From positions 53,663 through 117,662 of the forward strand of contig CAZJUQ010000054.1 of the NCBI GenBank assembly GCA_964549335.1: a stretch of 64,000 nt of DNA. The letters run 5' to 3'. The position numbers and the translations under genes were made by a program. Position 1 is the first letter of the stretch. Each line of letters starts with the position of its first letter. Under the pieces are notes generated by a model that was given only the letters and a program-made list of their open reading frames with translations, was not told where the DNA came from and searched no databases. Source of the DNA: an uncultured Lentimicrobiaceae bacterium (GTDB taxonomy: Bacteria > Bacteroidota > Bacteroidia > Bacteroidales > F082). Shown piece after piece: positions 25,672-33,051 of the stretch.

Positions 25672-28026
25672 GTGAAAAACCGTATTCTCAAATATTTAGT
25701 TCCTTTTCTCGCCGTTTTTCTGCTCTGGCCTGTTTGGGGGTCACTGTTTTTACCGGAACATCTTTTCAACGAACCGTATTCCACAATTGTTTACGACCGT
25801 AACGGCGAATTAATGGGAGCACATATTTCGCAAGACGGACAATGGCGGTTTCCTCCTCCGGATGAGATACCGGAAAAATACAAACAGGCACTTATTTTGT
25901 TCGAAGACAAAAATTTTTACATACACCCGGGTTTCGACATATTTTCGCTGGCAAAAGCATTAATAACCAATATAAAAGCCGGCAAAACGGTTCGAGGCGG
26001 CAGTACAATTACAATGCAACTTGTCCGATTAATGCGAAAACATAAAAAGCGTACCGTTAAAGAAAAATTAATAGAGATAGCTCTTGCCACAGCCGTCGAA
26101 TTCCGGTATTCGAAAAAGGAAATACTAAATATGTATGCCGCCCATGCACCTTTCGGAGGTAACGTGGTTGGCATTGAAGCCGCATGCTGGCGCTGGTTCG
26201 GACATGCCCCCAGGAAAATAACCTGGGCGCAAGCTGCAACACTGGCGGTTTTACCCAACTCCCCTTCACTGATAAATCCGGGAAGAAACCCCAACCTTTT
26301 AGTACAAAAACGCAATAAACTTCTTAAAAGACTTCTCGATAACAATATCATTAACAAATTGACATACGACTTGTCAATTATTGAAAAAATCCCGCAAAAA
26401 CCTAAAAAACTACCCGGCAGCGCTCCTCACCTTACGGCATATTTTCAAAAACATCACAGAGGCGGAAAAATTATTTCAACCGTTGACAAAAACCTGCAAG
26501 TTACCGTAAACCGTATTGTTTCGGAATACCACCTAAAATATATCGCCAACGAAATAAGAAACATTGCGGTATTGGTTTTAAAAACAGAAACCAAAGAGGT
26601 GTTAGCATACACGGCTAATGTTACCGGCAAAAACACAAACGGTTATGCCGTTGACATGATTAAAGCCCACCGGAGCACCGGAAGTATCCTGAAACCCTTG
26701 TTATATGCCGCTGCCATCGACGACGGACAAATTTTAATTAACAGCCTGATACCCGACATACCCAGCTATTTCAAAAATTACCACCCGCAAAACTACGATT
26801 ACACATTCGAGGGAGCGGTTCCCGCCGCCGATGCCCTCTCCCGCTCGCGAAACGTGCCCGCCATATACCTTCTGCGCGATTTCGGTGTTACAAGATTCTT
26901 GGATTTACTGCACAAAACAGGTTTCCACTCTTTCGACAAAAAAGCTGATTATTACGGATTATCACTGATACTCGGCGGCGGCGAAGCAAACCTGTGGGAA
27001 ATAACAAGCATGTACGCCGGTATGTCGCAAACTCTGATTCATTACGACAGGTTTTACGGAAAATACAACGGACACGAATTCGACAGCCCAGTTTTAATAC
27101 TGAAAAATGCAAAAAAATATAAGGAACCCCCTGTTTCGCAACCCGTACCTGTTCACGCCGGTGCAGTTTGGCAAACTTGGCAAGCTCTTTACAATGTTCA
27201 CCGACCCCTGCAACAAAACGGCTGGCAATATTTTCAAAACAACTTGAAAATAGCATGGAAAACAGGCACGAGTTACGGCTTCCGCGATGCTTGGGCAGTG
27301 GGTACCACGGCAGATTACACCGTTGGTGTATGGGTAGGCAATGCCAACGGCGAAGGCAGAAACGGACTTACCGGCGCAGGAAGTGCTGCTCCCATAATGT
27401 TCGATGTTTTCGACAATCTGAACCCACAAAACACTTTCCACCGCCCCGAAGACGAATTGATAAAAATTGCCGTATGCACAAAAAGCGGATACCGCGCCTC
27501 CGCAGCTTGTCCTAACATCGATACCATCCTGGCTTATAAAAAAGGTGTTCTTGTAAAACAGTGCAATTATCACAGGAAAATCTTTACCGGCAAAAACCGG
27601 AAATTCCGCCTGTTCAAAGGATGTGCCCACGACACCGCCATTGTCCCCGTTTCATGGTTTGTCCTTCCTCCGGTTCAGGAATGGTATTACAGAAAATCAC
27701 ACCCCTCGTACAAACCTCTCCCCCCTTTGCGCAACGATTGCAAAGCCGCCGGAGACAAAATCATGCAATTCGTCTATCCTCAAAACAACGAAAAACTGTT
27801 TGTCGTTAAAGATTTCGACGGTAAACCCAAACCCGTGGTATTCCAAATAACACATCACAACCCCGACGCTAAAATATTTTGGCATATCGACAAAAAATAT
27901 TTGGGCGTCACGCAAAACACCCACAAATTCCCCTTTGTCCCTCCGGCCGGACAACACACCATTACCGTAATCGACGGGGACGGAAACAGCTTGTCAATAA
28001 AGTTTTCCGTCGAAAGAGCCGACTGA
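25672..28026 (+). CDS. pbpC: penicillin-binding protein 1C (bifunctional glycosyltransferase/transpeptidase)
   Basis: GT51 motifs EDKNFYIHPGFD and RGGSTITMQL; transpeptidase STGSILKP (SxxK); C-terminal PBP1C-type domain. GTG start. Confidence 0.9.
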   Translation: MKNRILKYLVPFLAVFLLWPVWGSLFLPEHLFNEPYSTIVYDRNGELMGAHISQDGQWRFPPPDEIPEKYKQALILFEDKNFYIHPGFDIFSLAKALITNIKAGKTVRGGSTITMQLVRLMRKHKKRTVKEKLIEIALATAVEFRYSKKEILNMYAAHAPFGGNVVGIEAACWRWFGHAPRKITWAQAATLAVLPNSPSLINPGRNPNLLVQKRNKLLKRLLDNNIINKLTYDLSIIEKIPQKPKKLPGSAPHLTAYFQKHHRGGKIISTVDKNLQVTVNRIVSEYHLKYIANEIRNIAVLVLKTETKEVLAYTANVTGKNTNGYAVDMIKAHRSTGSILKPLLYAAAIDDGQILINSLIPDIPSYFKNYHPQNYDYTFEGAVPAADALSRSRNVPAIYLLRDFGVTRFLDLLHKTGFHSFDKKADYYGLSLILGGGEANLWEITSMYAGMSQTLIHYDRFYGKYNGHEFDSPVLILKNAKKYKEPPVSQPVPVHAGAVWQTWQALYNVHRPLQQNGWQYFQNNLKIAWKTGTSYGFRDAWAVGTTADYTVGVWVGNANGEGRNGLTGAGSAAPIMFDVFDNLNPQNTFHRPEDELIKIAVCTKSGYRASAACPNIDTILAYKKGVLVKQCNYHRKIFTGKNRKFRLFKGCAHDTAIVPVSWFVLPPVQEWYYRKSHPSYKPLPPLRNDCKAAGDKIMQFVYPQNNEKLFVVKDFDGKPKPVVFQITHHNPDAKIFWHIDKKYLGVTQNTHKFPFVPPAGQHTITVIDGDGNSLSIKFSVERAD

Positions 28027-28373
28027 CAAAAACATGTCAAAACCCTGTGCAATAACACACATCTTTATGTTTCCGTGGTTTTTTATCTTATCTGTTTTAT
28101 TAAGGGCGGCAAACGGGCTGTCCGCTAATAGTCCTCGGCGGCGGCGCTGTTCGGCAACGGCGTTTTCAGGGGCTTCCTCACGTCAGCCCTGCCTCCGCCT
28201 GCCTCACTACCGCCGCCGCCTCCGGGCTGCCGCTCCCATCCCTGCCGCAGCATACCCCTGTGCCTTACTTTACCGTCTGTATCCCTCCGTCACTCATCCG
28301 TAAATATCCGTGCAACCGCAATTTCACATAAATCCCGCTTAAAACCTCTCATTCACATCAAACTTACCGTACT

Positions 28374-29651
28374 CTACTCCCTACGGGTAAGCAGATAATG
28401 TCCTATGGCACATTCAAGGCAGCGTCTCCTGTCGCAATACTCGGTTTTCAATTGTAACAAAGCTTGCGAATGCATGGCACTTTCCGCATTAATGCCAAAT
28501 GAGGAATAAAGGCGCGTATAGGTGTTGTTCTCCGCTTTTATCTCCCCGAGCCACCCTGCGGCTCTCTCTTTCAGCAAAGGTTTGCTCTCAATTGTACCGT
28601 ATGCAAAAACAAATGGCACCACCGCATTTATCAACAATATGTCTATTGACGTGTTCCCGAAAACTTTAGCCCTTTTGTTTCCCGCCCTGACATCAAAACG
28701 GTAATGATCTTCCCAATAGTCCGACGCCTTTACCGAAAAAAACGTTTTTAGGTTAGCAAGGTTCTCTTCGTTAAAAATTTTATGAAGAAGCCCCGACGAC
28801 CTGTATATAAGATTTGCAAATTGCGAAATTCTTACCGTAGGAAAATTTGCAGGTCGCATACGCATAAAACGCCATATATGCTTATCAACGGGTGTCAAAC
28901 CGTATTTGGAGGCCAAAAAAGTGTACTCCTTTAATAACATTACCGGATAGCTGTCGCGATATTCACTCGATAGCAGTCCCGCTTGCCCGAACAACAAAGC
29001 CTCCAACTGCATCAAGTTCTCATTATGAATTGACAAAATCTTCAAAGGCAACGACTTCGCAAGCAATTCAAAAGCGTCGCTGTTGGCTTTTAACCCGAAA
29101 TAACGCGCAACTTTCTGATAAAATATCTCATAAAAATCATATTTCAATATCTTGCTTACTCTTATTATTTCCCCCGCTTTCCGCTCCAACCGTTCAAACG
29201 TTAAACGCTCAAGCCAATTCAAAACGGTAAAATAATCGGCTTTGTCAATATCGCGCTCACAAGGTATTTTTCTCAAACTTTTAATGTAATCTTCGTACCT
29301 TTTTAAAATCCCTATATCGAAATTGTTCTTTGCCTCCAAAACGGGTAGAGGCTCTCCGCCCTTTCCAAAAACATCTTTATCATGTTCATACACAACGTGC
29401 AAAATCACATTATCATAAGTTCTCTCCTTATGGTGTCCGTGCTTGTACCATTCCGACGATTTAACATGCATCTCAACATTTCCCGCCCAGGTCGTCTCCC
29501 CTATTTTTATCAATGCATTAAAAAAATCGGGGCCGCTGTCGCTATTTTGTGTGCCCGTCCTCAGGATTGTTATTTTTTCACCCGATTTTAACCTCAAATT
29601 TGTGTTGAAAAGTTTAAATTTCCACAAGTACCAAAGAAATTCCTCTTTCAT
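28374..29651 (-). CDS. DUF2851 family protein
   Basis: MKEEFLWYLWKFKLF...NSDSGPDFFNALIKIGETTWAGNVEMHVKSSEWYKHGH...NVILHVVYEHD matches my recollection of the DUF2851 N-terminal signature. Confidence 0.75.
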   Translation of the reverse strand: MKEEFLWYLWKFKLFNTNLRLKSGEKITILRTGTQNSDSGPDFFNALIKIGETTWAGNVEMHVKSSEWYKHGHHKERTYDNVILHVVYEHDKDVFGKGGEPLPVLEAKNNFDIGILKRYEDYIKSLRKIPCERDIDKADYFTVLNWLERLTFERLERKAGEIIRVSKILKYDFYEIFYQKVARYFGLKANSDAFELLAKSLPLKILSIHNENLMQLEALLFGQAGLLSSEYRDSYPVMLLKEYTFLASKYGLTPVDKHIWRFMRMRPANFPTVRISQFANLIYRSSGLLHKIFNEENLANLKTFFSVKASDYWEDHYRFDVRAGNKRAKVFGNTSIDILLINAVVPFVFAYGTIESKPLLKERAAGWLGEIKAENNTYTRLYSSFGINAESAMHSQALLQLKTEYCDRRRCLECAIGHYLLTRRE

Positions 29652-29690
29652 TTATTTGTTGATTTTCCGTTCTTTAAACCAAATACCTTT

Positions 29691-29698
29691 CAAAAATA
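29691..29698 (-). promoter_or_regulatory. candidate -7 box (TAnnTTTG)
   Basis: Minus strand TATTTTTG, 39 nt upstream of ATG 29651. Confidence 0.45.
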
Positions 29699-29730
29699 AC
29701 CATATCTTGACAATTAGTGCAATTTTTATG

Positions 29731-29738
29731 TATTTTTG
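29731..29738 (+). promoter_or_regulatory. candidate -7 box (TAnnTTTG)
   Basis: TATTTTTG, 23 nt upstream of ATG 29762. A TTG lies about 21 nt further upstream (29707). Confidence 0.45.
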
Positions 29739-29761
29739 TGCAATGTATAATCTGTTTTAAG

Positions 29762-30049
29762 ATGTCGAATGAAGCATTGTTGATTTCCGGAATAAGTTAC
29801 AAAGTAAGGAAATTGATAGAATTGAAAAACAATCTTCTCGACGAAAACAAACGGATAAATCATGAGCTTGAAAAGGCTCGCGTTCTTATAGAACAGTTGC
29901 AAAACGAATTGGAAAACAAGCGTATTAAATTAGTTGAAATATCGCTTGCAAGTGCGCTAAATGACAGAAAAGGTGTTGAGAATAGTATCGAATTCATCGA
30001 CCGGTTGGTCGATGAAATTGATAAGGGTATTGATGTTTTGAGTGACTGA
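29762..30049 (+). CDS. hypothetical coiled-coil protein upstream of zapA
   Basis: 95 aa, heptad-rich (KLIELKNNLLDENKRINHELEKARVLIEQLQNELENKRIKL). First ATG within ORF 29717..30049. Lies 18 nt before zapA. Confidence 0.6.
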   Translation: MSNEALLISGISYKVRKLIELKNNLLDENKRINHELEKARVLIEQLQNELENKRIKLVEISLASALNDRKGVENSIEFIDRLVDEIDKGIDVLSD

Positions 30050-30067
30050 TAATAAAAGAAAGTTGTT

Positions 30068-30358
30068 TTGACAAACAAAAAATTAACAATAACGGTCGTG
30101 ATTGCCGGAAGACCATACAAGGTCGACATTTTAGCCGAACAAGAGGAAATTGTTCGTAAGGCTGCAAAAGAACTGAACGGGATGATTAAAGATTATGCTC
30201 ACCGGTATCAGTTCGATGACCAACAAGATTTGCTTGCCATGGTAGCTTTGCAATTTGCCCATACAGCCGTTGACCTTGAGTCGGAAAAAGACTTCAGGGA
30301 AAAAGAGATGGAGCAAAAACTCGCAGAGATTGATCAGTTGCTCGAAAGCAATATTTAA
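30068..30358 (+). CDS. zapA: cell division protein ZapA
   Basis: KLTITVVIAGRPYKVDILAEQEEIVRKAAKELNGMI...DQQDLLAMVALQFA is a ZapA pattern. Apparent TTG start; no in-frame ATG nearby. Confidence 0.75.
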   Translation: MTNKKLTITVVIAGRPYKVDILAEQEEIVRKAAKELNGMIKDYAHRYQFDDQQDLLAMVALQFAHTAVDLESEKDFREKEMEQKLAEIDQLLESNI

Positions 30359-30387
30359 AAAGAAAATACGTTCTTTTAACAAAATAC

Positions 30388-30575
30388 AGCCCACATAATC
30401 TAATGTTTGTAAACTCAACACTACAACATTTAGGGTTAAGCTCATAAGAGTTCTAGAACAGGCCTGATTACCTTCGTGGGATTTGCTTCGGCAGACACTG
30501 GACGTTCGAAAATTCTTGGCGACCCTATCCATGTTTTTCCGGAGTTTACTGTAACTCCATGATTGTGTGGGCTTC
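30388..30575 (+). ncRNA. ssrS: candidate 6S RNA
   Basis: ~188 nt. 13-bp closing helix AGCCCACAUAAUC (30388-30400) / GAUUGUGUGGGCU (30561-30573). Further collinear helices: GUAAACUC/GAGUUUAC, UAGGGU/ACCCUA, AAGAGUU/AAUUCUU. A T-rich tail follows. Located directly downstream of zapA, as ssrS is in E. coli. Confidence 0.55.
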
Positions 30576-30612
30576 TTTTCTTACCGCATTTGCAAGCACA
30601 AAACAGTGTGCT

Positions 30613-32154
30613 ATGAATATATTTTTAAATATCCTTGAAGTATTGGGCGCTTTCGGTTTGGGAATTCTGGTTACCATAACCGTTTTACGCAAATCAATGC
30701 TGAAAAAAAGCGAGGCGCTTCTTAACGAAGCAAAAGAGAAAGCCGAAGTAATTAAAAAAGATAAAATTCTTCAGGCAAAAGAGAAATTTCTCCAGCTCAA
30801 ATCGGAGCACGAGAAAATGATTAACGAACGCAACAGCAAAATACAGCAAGCCGAGTCGCGCATAAGAAAAAAAGAGCAAACCCTCTCGCAAAAATTGCAA
30901 GATGCTCAACGGAAACAAAGCGAACTCGACAAAATGAGAGCCAACCTTACAAACCAACTTCAAATTCTGGAGAAAAAACAGGAAGAGGTTGACAAGTTGC
31001 ACGACGAACAGGTAAAACAGTTGGAAACAATTAGCAACATGTCTGCCGACGAGGCTAAAAAACAAATTATCGAGTCGCTAAAAGGACAAGCCCAGGCAGA
31101 AGCCATGGTGCTTATCAGAGATATTACCGACGAGGCAAAACTTACAGCCGAACGTACCGCAAAAAAAATCGTTATCGAAACCATTCAACGTACAGCCTCG
31201 GAACATGCCATCGAAAACACAGTTACCGTTTTCAACATCGACAGCGACGAAGTAAAAGGACGGATAATCGGACGCGAAGGGCGGAACATTCGTGCCCTCG
31301 AAGCTCTAACCGGAATAGAAATAATTATCGACGACAGCCCCGATGCAATTATCCTCTCGGGATTTGACCCCATTCGACGCGAAATAGCTCGTTTGGCTCT
31401 CCAAAAACTTGTTACCGACGGACGTATCCACCCGGCACGTATTGAAGAGGTGGTGGCAAAAACAAAAAAAGAGGTGGAACAAGAGATCCTCGAAGTGGGA
31501 AAACGTACCGTCATCGATTTGGGAATACACAACATGCATCCCGAACTCATAAGATTAATAGGACGTATGAAATACCGTTCGTCGTACGGACAAAATCTGC
31601 TTGCGCACTCTATTGAAGTTGCCAACCTTAGCGCAACCATGGCCGCCGAATTGGGTCTTAACCCCAAAAAAGCAAAAAGAGCAGGACTTTTACACGATAT
31701 CGGAAAAATTGCCGAAAACGAAGCCGAACTGCCTCATGCAATCCTCGGCATGAAACTCGCCGAAAAGTACAAAGAGAAACCCGATGTATGTAACGCCATA
31801 GGAGCACACCACGATGAAGTAGAGATGGAAACACTCATCGCTCCCATTGTTCAAGTGTGTGATGCTATTTCGGGAGCTCGCCCCGGTGCTCGGCGCGAAG
31901 TAGTGGAAGCTTACATTCAGCGCCTTAAAAAACTCGAAGATATGGCTCTGACTTATCCGGGCGTGGTCAAAACTTATGCCATTCAAGCCGGTAGAGAATT
32001 ACGGGTAATTGTTGGTGCTGATAAAGTATCCGATAAAGAGGCCGACACCATCTCGTACGAACTCTCCAGAAAAATACAGGAAGAAATGACATATCCCGGA
32101 CAAATTAAAATTACGGTTATCAGAGAAACAAGAGCAATAAATTATGCCAAATAA
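30613..32154 (+). CDS. rny: ribonuclease Y
   Basis: N-terminal TM; long K/E/Q coiled coil; KH ([15 protein letters not shown]); HD domain (LLHDIGK...GAHH). ATG 30613 chosen; the upstream ORF extension overlaps the 6S candidate. Confidence 0.95.
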   Translation: MNIFLNILEVLGAFGLGILVTITVLRKSMLKKSEALLNEAKEKAEVIKKDKILQAKEKFLQLKSEHEKMINERNSKIQQAESRIRKKEQTLSQKLQDAQRKQSELDKMRANLTNQLQILEKKQEEVDKLHDEQVKQLETISNMSADEAKKQIIESLKGQAQAEAMVLIRDITDEAKLTAERTAKKIVIETIQRTASEHAIENTVTVFNIDSDEVKGRIIGREGRNIRALEALTGIEIIIDDSPDAIILSGFDPIRREIARLALQKLVTDGRIHPARIEEVVAKTKKEVEQEILEVGKRTVIDLGIHNMHPELIRLIGRMKYRSSYGQNLLAHSIEVANLSATMAAELGLNPKKAKRAGLLHDIGKIAENEAELPHAILGMKLAEKYKEKPDVCNAIGAHHDEVEMETLIAPIVQVCDAISGARPGARREVVEAYIQRLKKLEDMALTYPGVVKTYAIQAGRELRVIVGADKVSDKEADTISYELSRKIQEEMTYPGQIKITVIRETRAINYAK

Positions 32155-32193
32155 TTTTTATTATTGTAAATTATTAACTAAACTCATTTAATT

Positions 32194-32718
32194 ATGAAAA
32201 AATTCTTATTCTTAACACTTTTAGGGTTCATCGCTTTCTCTTTGAATGCCCAACACGTGTTTAACAACAACGACAAAATGTTTAACGCGGGTATAGGACT
32301 GCTTTCGTCAGACGGCCCCATACCTTCAATTAACGGAAGTTTCGAAATCGGAGCCATTCCTACGGGTGACGCAGGTCTTATCTCTTTCGGCGGTATTACG
32401 GCTTTCCAGTTGGGAAGTTACTATCTTACAGGTTATACCGACACATACTTTGTTTTTCATGTTGGACCCAGAGCCACATGGCACCTGCATGTTTTCGAAA
32501 GCGACAAGTGGGACGCATATGCCGGCATCGGTTTCGGCCTGAGATTCAGATCGGGTTATGACGACTATTGGGGATACCATTACGACGGATACGTTGGAGG
32601 CTACGGCGAAGGTTTCATCGGAGGACGCATGATGCTAAAAGAAAATTTCGGACTGTTTGCCGAAATGGGATACGGTACTTTGTCGGCATTCAAATTCGGT
32701 ATCACAATGGGACTATAA
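32194..32718 (+). CDS. hypothetical secreted Gly/aromatic-rich small beta-barrel-like protein
   Basis: Signal peptide MKKFLFLTLLGFIAFSLNAQ. Alternating Gly/aromatic strands; C-terminal FKFGITMGL. Confidence 0.6.
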   Translation: MKKFLFLTLLGFIAFSLNAQHVFNNNDKMFNAGIGLLSSDGPIPSINGSFEIGAIPTGDAGLISFGGITAFQLGSYYLTGYTDTYFVFHVGPRATWHLHVFESDKWDAYAGIGFGLRFRSGYDDYWGYHYDGYVGGYGEGFIGGRMMLKENFGLFAEMGYGTLSAFKFGITMGL

Positions 32719-32747
32719 TTTATCATAACATCTTATTATACAAAATT

Positions 32748-32791
32748 ATAAGACAAAGGGTTTAACCGTGCGGTTAAACCCTTTGTCTTAT
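32748..32791 (+). terminator. long perfect hairpin (terminator-like, no U-tract)
   Basis: ATAAGACAAAGGGTTTAACCG (32748-32768) pairs with CGGTTAAACCCTTTGTCTTAT (32771-32791): 21-bp perfect stem, 2-nt loop, 30 nt after the stop at 32718. Confidence 0.5.
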
Positions 32792-33051
32792 CCTGAAATC
32801 ACATCCCTGTATTCCTCCTGAATCCCCATTAACTGTAATTTTCACCTTTACGCCATTGGTACTCACACCGTTGCTTTCCTTTTCAGCGGCATTTACAAAA
32901 CACCTACAAACAACACAACCCTTTTCTTAACTTATTCCCGTTAAAAATTATATTCATACCGAGTTAAAATCAATGTTAATTTATGAACAATAAGCATAAA
33001 AAAACATACCTTTGCCCCCTGTTATTATAAATGTTTATTTATTAGAAAAAA

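Noticed and set aside
28034-28303. 89-aa plus-strand ORF in the pbpC/DUF2851 gap as a protein-coding gene
   Set aside because: The translation (…SPRRRRCSATAFSGASSRQPCLRLPHYRRRLRAAAPIPAAA…) has the Arg/Ala/Pro bias of a random frame through GC-rich DNA. It has no -7 box and no recognisable domain. The region is kept as a compositional anomaly in the findings instead.
30559-30612. N-terminal extension of RNase Y ([18 protein letters not shown])
   Set aside because: It overlaps the 3' arm and T-rich tail of the 6S RNA candidate. ATG 30613 gives the typical RNase Y N-terminal TM helix [20 protein letters not shown].
32792-33051. Glycine riboswitch upstream of gcvP
   Set aside because: I could not find the conserved glycine-aptamer core sequences, and the region is too G-poor to form the tandem aptamers.
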